Notes under the pieces: model-generated
The model's input: the letters and a program-made list of their open reading frames with translations, nothing else
What the model was told of the DNA's origin: nothing
The model's database searches: none
Assembly (NCBI GenBank): GCA_036478295.1
Contig: JAZGDW010000085.1
Location: forward strand, 1 to 48,871
Direction of reading: 5' to 3'
DNA: 48,871 nt
From: Candidatus Krumholzibacteriia bacterium
GTDB taxonomy: Bacteria; Krumholzibacteriota; Krumholzibacteriia; WVZY01
Shown: positions 9,733 to 19,200 of the stretch, one piece after another
How the letters are laid out: every line of letters starts with the position of its first letter
Position numbering within the stretch: position 1 is the first letter of the stretch
Translations under genes and position numbers: made by a program

Positions 9733-10050
9733 GTTGTTGACGGACCCCCATGCGGGAACGAGTGAGGCGGTGCATCGTTGGGTCGGTGACGGAGTCGTTG
9801 CGGGAATGAATTGAGGCGGCGTGCTGTTGGGTTGTTGACGAGCCCCCATGCGGAAACGAACTGAGGGGGCGCCTGTTGGATTGTTGATAGAACCGTTGCG
9901 GGAACGAGCGAGGATCACCCGCCGTAGGCGGGTAGCCGAGCGAAGCGGAGCGCGGCGAGGGAAACAATCCAACAGGCGCCCCCAGCTAGGCCCGGGTAGC
10001 CGAGCGAAGTGGAGCACGGCGACGGAGGCACATCCAACAACACGCCGCCC
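9733..10050 (+). repeat. Nested palindromic intergenic repeat cluster (MITE/REP-like) with four 49-bp-period left-end units
   Basis: Units start at 9733, 9782, 9831 and 9880. Inner 21-bp perfect IR 9865-9885/9963-9983; outer 15/16 IR 9815-9830/10034-10049; core hairpin acccgcc-gta-ggcgggt at 9917-9933. Confidence 0.9.
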
Positions 10051-10134
10051 CAAGCACGAAACCGAACGCCGGGCCGGGCGGTGGTGACCCAAGGGGGACG
10101 ATCACCGGTGCCCGGCCCGACGCAGACGCGGGGT

Positions 10135-12816
10135 CTACAAGAACGGTAGCCAGTACGTAATCTTCAACGCAATGAAGTTGTCACCCTCCGCCGACAGCGC
10201 GTCGAACAACCGCGACGGACCGACGAGCGATCCGGAGCCATTGTCGGTCGACCGGTTTTGCTGCCACACCAGGAACAGCGTGCTACCCGGGCTCCACTCC
10301 CAGCGCATGACGAGGTTCGAACGGAACGACAAGAAATTGAAGTCCGGCTGTTCGAAGTCAAAGGTCTGCGCTCCATCCGTCACCGTATAGGTCCCGTCAC
10401 CGTTGTTCACGATGCTCGTACCGCCGGCACCGTAGTGCCGCAGGTCCTTGCTGCGCGCCGCCGCCAGCTCGCCGAACCGGAAGTAGCGACCGCTGGCGGC
10501 GAACGGCTCCGCGTAGAGTTCGAGCGACAGGTCGGGACTGAAGGAATAGTTGAGGCGGATCTGCGCAACGAGCTGGCTGCGCTCGATGGATGAGAACAGG
10601 TAGCGTTCGTTAAAAGTCAGCGGGTTGTTGCCGGCAAAGGTGTCGATGTACTGGCGCGAGCTTACGCGCTGGTTCCACCGGGGATTGAACGACAACTGCC
10701 AGCGGTCTCCGGGGCGGAACGTCGCGCCACCGCCGAGATCGTAGCTCCAGCCGCCCGTTTCACCTTCCGAGTAACCGCCCCACATGTTCCAGGTCGTCTT
10801 CTTCTGATTGTTGCTCCACAACTCGGCCCACATGTTCCAGCTTTCACCCGTTCCCATCGAAGGGCCGCCGCGGGTGAGGTTATCGCTCTGCGCGGCGGGA
10901 AAGTACTCATAACCAAGGAAGCTCCCCATATAGTTCTTGAACGTAAACACGCTTTCGAGATCGAGGAACGAGTACTGTCGGTCGCTGTCGAAGTTCCAGC
11001 CGCTGCCGAGCGACGCGCGCGTCCACCAGTTTTGAAAGTGCTTGCCTGGATCGTTTTCGCGGTACCTCACCCACGCCTGGCTGTCTATATCATCCGCCGT
11101 GCCGAGACGGCCCGTGTCGTTGATCTCGAATCCCGGTGATTCCGCACCGATGAAACCGCCCCACAACCAGTGTTCGCCACCGTTTTTCTCGAACCACAGA
11201 TCTGACGTCCAGCCGTTGAGCGACGTGCGTGTCGGATCGAACTCGGTGTGATCCGCATCGGGGCGCTGGAAATAGCGCGCGCTCGACAGCTGCGCCTCGG
11301 CGATGGCGCTCTGCGACCCCTCGATGTGGCTGAAACCAACGTTGCCCCCCAACTCGTATTTGCCGCCGTCGAAGCGCAGGTTCCAATCGGTGCCACCGGC
11401 GATGGCCCGCGTGCGCAGAAAGGTAGCCAGATCCGTACCGTCGCTGAGATCACGCTCGATACCGGTAAGGATAATGCCTACCGTCGAGGCTTCCTTGCCG
11501 AACTCCTGCTGCAGACGAACAACACCGTAACCGGTCAGCGGTTCGACTTCCTCCTCGATCGTCCGGCCCGAGTTGAATACTTTGGCTTTTTCTCTCTCGG
11601 TCACCGCGCCGAGCACACCGACCGAAAGACCCGAGCTGAGCCGCCCCGTCAGTTTTGCTGCGCCCAGTATGGACGTGTTGGTGGGGCTGTCGACGAACTC
11701 TCCATCGGGATCGCCATGCGGGCGTGCGCCGATGCGCCGCGAATAGAAATAACCGGCGCCGCCGCCTTCCAACAAGTTGCTGCCCTCGGTAAAGAACGGT
11801 CGCCGTTCCGAGAAGAATGTCTCGAACGCCGAAAGGTTCACCTCGGCGGGATCAGCCTCTACCTGTCCGAAGTCGGGATTCACGGTGCCTTCCAGCGTCA
11901 AGTTCGGCCCCACGCCCATCTTGAAATCGGCGCCAATGCGGGCTTTGTACTCCTCGCCATCGCGGAAGGGGTCGGCCGCATCCACACCGCTCCGAAACAT
12001 GCCGTCACTCGCCACGTACGGCAGGACCTCGATACGGCGCGACGGTTTTATCGCCTCTATACCGACCAGGTCGGCCATGCGCGACGACCAGCCAGTTTCG
12101 TTTTTTGGAATCATGACAAAATACGAATCCTCGTTGTCCGTCGGAACCCAGCGGTTGATGTTGATCCCCCAGGTTTGTACGTCTTTCTTGTTGAAACGGA
12201 GCTGCGAGAAAGGAATCCGCATCTCGGCGCTCCACCCTTTGGGGTTGCGCGCGGCGACCGCGCGCCATACGGGATCAAAATCGTAGTCGCGGTTGAATTC
12301 GTAGTCGGCCCCGTGATAGTAATCCACACGAACGCCGGAGGCCGTTACGCCGAAAGTATACGCCGTCCGGTTGTCATTATAAGAGTCGAGTGAAACGAGG
12401 ATCCGCTCCGAATTGCTCACGTTATCGCGGCGGGTTAAGGTGGCCAGGATTTTGTTGGGATCCTTCGAATACATGCGCGCACCAACGTAGAGCGCGTCGT
12501 CGTCGTAGACGATTGCGATCTCTGTTTCGTTCAGCGCGGCCTCACCTTCCTTGGGCTCTTTTTGCGTAAACTTGGTGAAGAACTCCGCCTTTTTCCATAT
12601 CACGTCATCGAGTTTGCCATCGATCTTCGGTGCATGCGGGTTGATGCGGAGCGCCCGGATCTGTCTGACCTGTTTCTGTCCGGTGTCTTTGGCCTGGTTC
12701 TCCTTGGATTCCTCCGCACCCGCCATGACGGGAAGGATGAGTCCCGCAACCAACCCTGTCACGATCCGGCTGAACACTCGATTTGAGGGCGTACGAACCC
12801 ATTGGCACCTGAACAT
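10135..12816 (-). CDS. DUF5916 domain outer-membrane protein with N-terminal CBM9-like domain
   Basis: 'PKIDGKLDD..W', 'WSAEMRIPFSQLRF', 'NPDFGQVEAD..NLS.FE.FF.ERRPFF.EG' motifs; C-terminal 'LKITYW'. Confidence 0.85.
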   Translation of the reverse strand: MFRCQWVRTPSNRVFSRIVTGLVAGLILPVMAGAEESKENQAKDTGQKQVRQIRALRINPHAPKIDGKLDDVIWKKAEFFTKFTQKEPKEGEAALNETEIAIVYDDDALYVGARMYSKDPNKILATLTRRDNVSNSERILVSLDSYNDNRTAYTFGVTASGVRVDYYHGADYEFNRDYDFDPVWRAVAARNPKGWSAEMRIPFSQLRFNKKDVQTWGININRWVPTDNEDSYFVMIPKNETGWSSRMADLVGIEAIKPSRRIEVLPYVASDGMFRSGVDAADPFRDGEEYKARIGADFKMGVGPNLTLEGTVNPDFGQVEADPAEVNLSAFETFFSERRPFFTEGSNLLEGGGAGYFYSRRIGARPHGDPDGEFVDSPTNTSILGAAKLTGRLSSGLSVGVLGAVTEREKAKVFNSGRTIEEEVEPLTGYGVVRLQQEFGKEASTVGIILTGIERDLSDGTDLATFLRTRAIAGGTDWNLRFDGGKYELGGNVGFSHIEGSQSAIAEAQLSSARYFQRPDADHTEFDPTRTSLNGWTSDLWFEKNGGEHWLWGGFIGAESPGFEINDTGRLGTADDIDSQAWVRYRENDPGKHFQNWWTRASLGSGWNFDSDRQYSFLDLESVFTFKNYMGSFLGYEYFPAAQSDNLTRGGPSMGTGESWNMWAELWSNNQKKTTWNMWGGYSEGETGGWSYDLGGGATFRPGDRWQLSFNPRWNQRVSSRQYIDTFAGNNPLTFNERYLFSSIERSQLVAQIRLNYSFSPDLSLELYAEPFAASGRYFRFGELAAARSKDLRHYGAGGTSIVNNGDGTYTVTDGAQTFDFEQPDFNFLSFRSNLVMRWEWSPGSTLFLVWQQNRSTDNGSGSLVGPSRLFDALSAEGDNFIALKITYWLPFL

Positions 12817-12922
12817 GGCAACCTCCTATCCTCGTATTCCTGTGTTGATGGGGACTTGCTAAGGATGAATCAGTATTTTAAGATCGACTGTTCCTGGCCG
12901 ATTCCCCGGTTTACAGTCCTGA

Positions 12923-14095
12923 TTATCGTCTCCGGCGTAATTTACGAATCTCGATATCACCGTTGGTCGTTTTCAGTGTAATGTTGCTGCCGCCGCCGTT
13001 GAGCACGTACTCGGCGAGGACACCCTTGCGATTGCGCTCGTGCCTGGCAGCCTTGAAGTCCGAATAGACGTCGAACTCACCTTCTTCGTCGTCATCCCAT
13101 CCCCAGCCGCCGTGGATGCGGATCCTGGCCAGGATATTCGCCTTGGCCTTCTCCGGGATGTAGAGCTCGATGTCGCCACCCGCCGTTTCGAAATGGCTGT
13201 CCTTGTTGCCACTCGGAACCAGCTGGACGACGATATCGCCGCCCGCGGTCTCGGCTTCTATGGAGCCGGTGATGTCCTCGAGCACAATGTCGCCACCGGC
13301 GGTGCGGGCCGTTACCCGTCCCGAAGCACTGAGCAGCTCGATATCGCCGCCCGCGGTCCTGACGTCTGCCGTGCCGGACACCTTTCCCAACCGCACATCG
13401 CCGCCCGCCGTCGACACGTCCGCGAAACCGCCAACGTCGCCGACCTCGATATCTCCGCCGGCCGTCTTGGCGTCGAGGTCGTTCTCGACTGCTCCGACCG
13501 TGATATCGCCGCCAGAGGTGTGTGCTTTCAGCTTGCCCTTGACGTCACCCACCTCGATGTCGCCGCCAGAAGTATTGAACTCCGCGTTGCCCAGCACGTC
13601 GCGCGCGCGGATGTCGCCGCCGGAGGTCCGCAGGCGGACTTCTCCGTCAACCTGGTCTATCTCGATGTCACCACCGGCCGTCGCCGCGGTGACGGTCCCG
13701 CTGAGCCGATCGTTCACTTCGATGTCTCCACCCGACGTCTGCAAATCGAGACTGAACTCGTTGGGCACATCCACGCTGATCAGTATATGACCGGACCGGT
13801 GCCATCCACCGCGTCCGTGGTACTCCACGTGCACGGTATTGCCGCTAGCGCTCATCTCCAGGTCTTCGAGATCTTCCTCAGGAATGCCGTCGACCTTGAC
13901 CTTGACTTCGCTGCTGTTCCACACACGGATCTCGATGTCCGCACCGACGTTTTTTGCGCTTACGACGAGCTCTCCGCCCTTCTTCACCCTGAAAGTCTCC
14001 GTCTTGCTGGTCCTGCGCCCGGCGATCGCCGCCGCCGCCGAAAGGGTCAGGAAAGCCACCAGTGCCGCGACGATTTGCCATTTGAATCTATTCAT
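12923..14095 (-). CDS. DUF4097 family beta-strand repeat (adhesin-like) protein
   Basis: About ten T(S/A)GGDI repeats at roughly 18-aa period; signal peptide; AGGAGG SD before ATG 14095. Confidence 0.9.
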   Translation of the reverse strand: MNRFKWQIVAALVAFLTLSAAAAIAGRRTSKTETFRVKKGGELVVSAKNVGADIEIRVWNSSEVKVKVDGIPEEDLEDLEMSASGNTVHVEYHGRGGWHRSGHILISVDVPNEFSLDLQTSGGDIEVNDRLSGTVTAATAGGDIEIDQVDGEVRLRTSGGDIRARDVLGNAEFNTSGGDIEVGDVKGKLKAHTSGGDITVGAVENDLDAKTAGGDIEVGDVGGFADVSTAGGDVRLGKVSGTADVRTAGGDIELLSASGRVTARTAGGDIVLEDITGSIEAETAGGDIVVQLVPSGNKDSHFETAGGDIELYIPEKAKANILARIRIHGGWGWDDDEEGEFDVYSDFKAARHERNRKGVLAEYVLNGGGSNITLKTTNGDIEIRKLRRRR

Positions 14096-15116
14096 TACCG
14101 TTATCCTCCTGGATGAAAGCGGTCGTCTTCGCACGGAGAAGGTCATCGTCTCCGAGTTGTGTTCTCAGCGTATTGTAAATCTCTCCACCAGCGAGGTCAC
14201 CCTCCTGGGTGGCTCGCGCCAGCAAATTGATCGCGGCGACCCTCATACCGGGGTTGCGATCGTTGGTCAACACGTACAAACACGCGTTCTTGATATCGTC
14301 ATCAAAGGTAAGCTGTTGCAGCACGCGGAACGACTCCCTGCGAACGCCCGCATTGGGATCCGTCGTCAACGCTTCGATGAGTGCTCTCTTCACATCGCCG
14401 TCGCCGGTCCGGGAGGCAGCTGTGGCGAACGCGTTGACCGCCTGCAACCGCACGCCCGTGTTCTCTTCATTGAGTAGCGCGTAGGCCAGCATGCGCTGCA
14501 TGCGAGCGTCGTCGAGGCCCGCACGAAGCCGGACCGGACGAACCAGATCGTAGTGAATCTCGATCTCGCCACTGGGCGCACTGGTCCCCACAAACCGCAC
14601 GTTGGCGATGTCCGGACGCCCCAGCGCCTCGTAATTATTCGCCCCAGGCGGGGCGCTCGTTGTGGCCTGCTCGACGGTGCCCCCTCCAAAGGACACATAA
14701 CCGATGAACACGCCAATCGCGATGGCGGTGGCCCCTGAAAACGCGAGCCGGTATCCCCGCATCCAATCCATCCAGCCGCGGACCAGTCCGCCCGGGGAGA
14801 GGGAGGATCCTCTTTCTGCCAACGGGCCTGAAACCATCGGTGCCACGTCCTGCGTCGTACGTGGTAATGCCGGCTGCGCTGGAGATTCTTGACGGATTGT
14901 GTCAGAGAGCCTCCGACGAGTTTGCCACAACATTTGCTCCGAAGGTTCCGCGGTTCCGCCCTCCCCGAGAACGGTCATCAACTGCCGCAGCTCGTGAAAC
15001 TCAGCCCGGCATGTATCGCATTCCGTAAGATGATCCCGCAGGGTTGACATTTCACCTGCGCTGATCTCGTCCGAAATCGCCAGCTGAAGCAATTCTCTGT
15101 ATCTTTCGTGGTCCAT
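14088..15116 (-). CDS. Anti-sigma factor with zf-HC2 (ZAS) domain, TM helix and periplasmic HEAT repeats
   Basis: HLTECDTC (HxxxCxxC); one TM segment; HEAT-like 'D.N.GVR..A' repeats; directly downstream of the ECF sigma gene. Confidence 0.85.
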   Translation of the reverse strand: MDHERYRELLQLAISDEISAGEMSTLRDHLTECDTCRAEFHELRQLMTVLGEGGTAEPSEQMLWQTRRRLSDTIRQESPAQPALPRTTQDVAPMVSGPLAERGSSLSPGGLVRGWMDWMRGYRLAFSGATAIAIGVFIGYVSFGGGTVEQATTSAPPGANNYEALGRPDIANVRFVGTSAPSGEIEIHYDLVRPVRLRAGLDDARMQRMLAYALLNEENTGVRLQAVNAFATAASRTGDGDVKRALIEALTTDPNAGVRRESFRVLQQLTFDDDIKNACLYVLTNDRNPGMRVAAINLLARATQEGDLAGGEIYNTLRTQLGDDDLLRAKTTAFIQEDNGNE

Positions 15117-15131
15117 CGTTACCCCTCTTGT

Positions 15132-15728
15132 TCAGAAGACCTTTTTGAGCTTGCTGCGCATCCTGTCATTGGCGGTAAACAGATATTTCTTAACGGTTCC
15201 CTCACTGCACTCCATCATGGAGGCGATCTCTCTCAGTTTGTATCCCTGATAGTGTTTGAGCGTAAACACGAGCCGCTGCTGCGGCGACAACGATTCCAGC
15301 GCAGCTTGTATATATCGAGCGATTTCCACATTCTGCGCGTGGCGCTCCGGTGACACGGGTTGCGACCCTCTCATCGGTGACGCCTCCAAGGCGTGGCCTT
15401 GCATCTCCAACTCCTCGTCCAACGACACGAAGGTCCGGTTCTTGTGCCGTGTCTGATGCGTAATGCAGACGTTTGTGACAATTCGATAGAGCCATGTCGA
15501 AAACTCGCTCCTGAACTGAAATCCTGATAGCGAACGGTAAACTCTTAAAAAAACCTCTTGGTAAATGTCTTGGGCGTCTTCGGTGTTATTTGTGTAAGAC
15601 GAGGCGATCGATAGTACCTGCCGGTCATAGCGATAAACCAAATCGTCGAACGCTGAGGTTTCCCCCCGCTGTACTCTGGAGATCAATTCCTGGTCAGTTG
15701 GGTTCACAGAATCAATTTCCAAGGTCAT
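15132..15728 (-). CDS. ECF-type RNA polymerase sigma factor
   Basis: Region 2 'DAQDIYQEVFL...FSTWLYRIVTN'; region 4 'LREIASMMECSEGTVK'. Confidence 0.95.
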   Translation of the reverse strand: MTLEIDSVNPTDQELISRVQRGETSAFDDLVYRYDRQVLSIASSYTNNTEDAQDIYQEVFLRVYRSLSGFQFRSEFSTWLYRIVTNVCITHQTRHKNRTFVSLDEELEMQGHALEASPMRGSQPVSPERHAQNVEIARYIQAALESLSPQQRLVFTLKHYQGYKLREIASMMECSEGTVKKYLFTANDRMRSKLKKVF

Positions 15729-15732
15729 AGCT

Positions 15733-15761
15733 TTAGACCCCGGCCTGCTAGAAAAGGTTGT
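15733..15761 (-). promoter_or_regulatory. Putative autoregulatory ECF promoter (leaderless)
   Basis: Minus strand ACAACC-N17-GTCTAA, ending 4 nt before the sigma ATG; matches the general AAC/GTCT ECF promoter pattern. Confidence 0.55.
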
Positions 15762-15925
15762 GAGCTATTTTTGACCCGGGATGATGTGGTTAACCTGTGT
15801 GGTTATAGCGAGTTATCACGGTGCTCCCGGCGTCCCGGCACTCCCCTACACGATAGCGATTTCTACTTCAAATTGCAATCCCAGGTTGCGCGGACGCGTC
15901 CTACGATACATATATACAAAGAGTT

Positions 15926-17680
15926 ATGGCCGTGCCTCGTACATATGGCGGTAAGAGCACCGTTCTCACCGGTATTCTGGGCGCCCTGGGCCTCCTGTCG
16001 CTGCTGGTGGGGTCCGGCAACGGGCGGACGGCGTCGAGCGCCGCCCTGGAGACTTCCAACTACCGTATTTACACCGCCGACCCATCCCCCAACCCCGAAT
16101 GGCTAGGGCGAGTGTCGGAGCGCCGCGAGGAGGCCCACCGCCGGATCCAGGCGTTTCTCGAGGCGCCGGGGCCCTCACCCAAGATCGACTATCACATCTA
16201 CCCCAGCTTCGAGTCCAAGGGGCTCAGCACAGGCAACACGCAACTCGCCCACGCGGACATCGAGAACAACGCCATCCACCTGGTGATCAACGACTGGATT
16301 CGGGGGGACGACACCAGGATGGACGCGGTCCTGCTCCTGCGACGACATCTCGGCAGACCCGCCACGCATCTGCTCGAAACGGGGCTTGCGGTCTATTTTT
16401 CCAACGAATGGCGGGGCAAGGGGTACCGGTACTGGGCGGGCCGCCTCCACGCATCGGACAACATGCCCGCGCTCGCCGAACTGGTCGACAACGAAGCCCT
16501 TCGCCGCGAATCGTACCTGGTGGCGGAAGCAGCGGCGGGCTCTTTTGTGGATTTTCTCATCGAAGAATTCGGCGGCAGCGTATTGGTCGAACACTACGGT
16601 GCCTGGCGGCCGGCGCCCGACGAGATCCAACGCCTGCAAAACGGCTGGTGGTCCCACCTCGCCAGGCAACCCGCCGCCGCGGCAAAGCAACTCGCCGCGC
16701 GCACGCGCCCGCCTTCGGACAGGTTTCAGAAGGGATTCTGCCATGCGCACGAGGGCTACCAGATATTCAACGGGTACCTGTCCCGGAAATCGGATGATGC
16801 GCTGGAAAAGCTCGCCGACATGGGAACCAACGCGGTTTCGATAACGCCTTTCACCTACATGCGAGACCCGCAGCGGCCGGTGCCGCTGCGGTTCTCGCAC
16901 CGTGCCGGATCCGAAAACGATGAGTCCGTCATCCATTCGTCACACACCGCCCATCAGCTCGGCATGTCAGTGATGTTAAAACCGCACATCTGGCTGGGTG
17001 GCGGAAGGTGGCCCGGCGATGTCGAGATGCGAACCGCCACCGACTGGCGCCTGTTCTTCGATTACTACTACCGGTGGATGCGCCACTACGCGCTCCTCGC
17101 CGAAATGTACGACATCGACCTGCTGTGCATCGGCGTCGAGCTGGCGCGCACGACTGCCTCCCACGAGAACGAGTGGCGCCGGCTCATCCAACGGCTCCGC
17201 GGCCTGTACAGCGGTGCGATGGTCTACGCGGCAAACTGGGGTGAGGAATTCCAGAACATCGCCTTCTGGGACGCGCTCGATTACATCGGCATCGATTGCT
17301 ACTATCCGCTGACCAGCCATGACGACGCCACCGCCGAAGACCTGCGCCAGGGGGCCGAAGCGATGTTCGAGAGAGTGGAGCGGGTGTACGATCGTTTTCA
17401 CAAGCCGGTTCTGTTCACGGAAATAGGCTTTACCAGCACACGCGCTCCGTGGAAGAAACCGCACGAGCCGGCCTGGCGTCACTCGGCTTTTGTGGATCAC
17501 CAGGCGATGTGCTACGAAGCGGTCCTTGGTGCGCTTTACGGAAAACAGTGGTGCAACGGAATCTACTGGTGGAAGTGGCCGAGCTTCCTCGAACACGGGG
17601 GACAGAAAAACCCCGGTTTTACGCCCAACAATAAGCCCGCTGAGAAAATCGTTCGTAAATGGTACGGCAAATCCTGGTAG
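15926..17680 (+). CDS. Secreted glycoside hydrolase family 113-like TIM-barrel protein with N-terminal degenerate peptidase-MA-like domain
   Basis: 'VMLKPHIW', 'CIGVEL' (acid/base Glu), 'YAANW', 'GIDCYYPL', 'FTEIGF' (nucleophile Glu), 'GIYWWKW', 'NNKPAE'. Confidence 0.8.
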   Translation: MAVPRTYGGKSTVLTGILGALGLLSLLVGSGNGRTASSAALETSNYRIYTADPSPNPEWLGRVSERREEAHRRIQAFLEAPGPSPKIDYHIYPSFESKGLSTGNTQLAHADIENNAIHLVINDWIRGDDTRMDAVLLLRRHLGRPATHLLETGLAVYFSNEWRGKGYRYWAGRLHASDNMPALAELVDNEALRRESYLVAEAAAGSFVDFLIEEFGGSVLVEHYGAWRPAPDEIQRLQNGWWSHLARQPAAAAKQLAARTRPPSDRFQKGFCHAHEGYQIFNGYLSRKSDDALEKLADMGTNAVSITPFTYMRDPQRPVPLRFSHRAGSENDESVIHSSHTAHQLGMSVMLKPHIWLGGGRWPGDVEMRTATDWRLFFDYYYRWMRHYALLAEMYDIDLLCIGVELARTTASHENEWRRLIQRLRGLYSGAMVYAANWGEEFQNIAFWDALDYIGIDCYYPLTSHDDATAEDLRQGAEAMFERVERVYDRFHKPVLFTEIGFTSTRAPWKKPHEPAWRHSAFVDHQAMCYEAVLGALYGKQWCNGIYWWKWPSFLEHGGQKNPGFTPNNKPAEKIVRKWYGKSW

Positions 17681-17748
17681 ACTTGTGCTAACATCGGCTT
17701 AGCGGTTTGTTAGTTTTTTTGAACTCCCCCGTCTAATCCGGACAGAGA

Positions 17749-19134
17749 ATGACCACGTTTTTCCTGCACTTTTGCAGCCGATTTCTAGTCGCCTGCCTCT
17801 GCCTCGGCATCCTGTTGAGTTTGCCGATGGTGACCCGCGCGGATGATACCCGTCCTGCGGCCTCTGGAGAGCGGCAGGCAGGCGCCAAGCAAGAACCGGC
17901 TGCAGCGGTACCAGCAGACGACCCCGGGGAAGGAGCGGGCGGGGCGGCTGAGCAACCCGGCGAGGCCCCCGACTCCTCGCAGGCGTTTCCCAAGAAAATG
18001 CCGCCGACCAGTGCCTGGGAAAAAATAGCGTCTTTCCCCGGATGGATAGCGTACGCCCCGCTGTGGCTGACGTTCGAAACCGTTGTCGGTGTCATCATTT
18101 TGAACGACCGTGTCCAGCTGATTCCGAAGACGATTGATTTTCTCACGACCGAGGACGGCCGGCGGGGAGTACTCCCCACGGTTGCGCCCCGTTCTGGCAT
18201 CGGCGTCCGATATTTTGCGAACGATATTCTGAATCCCGGTTCGCGCTTCCGGGGGACGTTTGCCGCGGGGTTGCGCGGCCGCAAGCTTCTTGAAATGCAT
18301 TACTACGGGATCGACGTGTTCGACGCTGCATTGGTCGTCAGTGGCAGGGCCCAGTACCGCAACCTGACGGACGAGCGTTTTTATGGCATCGGCCCTGGCA
18401 CCGAAGAGGATGACGAGACGTCGTTCGGGCACAAGAGAGCGCTGGCTGAGCTTACCGTAGGCAGGCAATTGCGAGAGAGGTTGCGAACGGAAGTGGCCCT
18501 TGGATACGAGCACAATATCATCCGCCAGGGCCGGGGTGACAGCATTTCGATCACCGACGTGCTGACCGAGAACGAGCTGCCGGGACTCGAGGAGGAGAGC
18601 TCAATGGCAAGAATCGAACTCTCCTTCCAGTACGACGGTAAGAACAGGGACTTTCGCCCCTCGGCCGGTGTGGAGGCCGAGTTGCGCGGACGCGTTACGA
18701 CGGAACTCAAGGACGATGATTTCGGGTTCAGCACGATTGGCGGCGATATAAGGAAGTACGTGCACATTCGTAATGACCGTATCCTTGTCTTTCGCCTGGC
18801 CGCGACTTTTGTAGATCCGCTGTCGGATCGACGCGTGCCTTTCTATTCGCTAAGCGAGCTCGGAAGAACCAATACTATCCGCGGGTTCAGACGGGGACGC
18901 TTCCGGGACCGGGACATGATACTTGGTTCTATCGAGTACCGGTATCCGGTCTGGCGGGCGATGGATGCTCTGTTCTTTGTCGACGCGGGCCAGGTGAGCA
19001 ACAATATCGACGCGAACGACCTTCAGTTAACGTTTGGCGGGGGTTTTCGCGTCTGGGAAAAGAAAGGTGCTTTCTTGCGGCTGGAAATTGGCGTCAGCGA
19101 TGACGGGGTTCGTTTTCATTTTTTCTTGAACTGA
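17749..19134 (+). CDS. BamA/TamA (Omp85) family outer-membrane beta-barrel without POTRA domains
   Basis: Signal peptide; Omp85 loop-6 'LG..NTIRGF..GRFRD', 'SIEYRY', 'FVDAGQV', 'FGGGFR' motifs; aromatic C-terminus; only a short low-complexity N-terminal region. Confidence 0.85.
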   Translation: MTTFFLHFCSRFLVACLCLGILLSLPMVTRADDTRPAASGERQAGAKQEPAAAVPADDPGEGAGGAAEQPGEAPDSSQAFPKKMPPTSAWEKIASFPGWIAYAPLWLTFETVVGVIILNDRVQLIPKTIDFLTTEDGRRGVLPTVAPRSGIGVRYFANDILNPGSRFRGTFAAGLRGRKLLEMHYYGIDVFDAALVVSGRAQYRNLTDERFYGIGPGTEEDDETSFGHKRALAELTVGRQLRERLRTEVALGYEHNIIRQGRGDSISITDVLTENELPGLEEESSMARIELSFQYDGKNRDFRPSAGVEAELRGRVTTELKDDDFGFSTIGGDIRKYVHIRNDRILVFRLAATFVDPLSDRRVPFYSLSELGRTNTIRGFRRGRFRDRDMILGSIEYRYPVWRAMDALFFVDAGQVSNNIDANDLQLTFGGGFRVWEKKGAFLRLEIGVSDDGVRFHFFLN

Positions 19135-19200
19135 TTTTCTGAAGCGGTGCGCGACGATAACGACATGACTATTTCAGGCAATAGCTTATTTCGAACCACG

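Noticed and set aside
9733..9930. 49-bp periodic repeats as a CRISPR array
   Set aside because: Units are similar along their whole length with no unique spacers, and there are no cas genes; they are explained as nested left ends of a palindromic element.
9598..10092. ORFs 9598-10092(-), 9719-9967(-), 9848-10087(+), and similarly 40388-40700(+)
   Set aside because: They are translations of the non-coding repeat; the shared peptides (VAVLHFARLP, LGYPPTAGDPRS) simply reflect the DNA repeat.
13170..13740. 54-bp periodic DNA repeats (ggcggcgacatc-like)
   Set aside because: Fully explained by the T(S/A)GGDI protein repeats of the DUF4097 gene.
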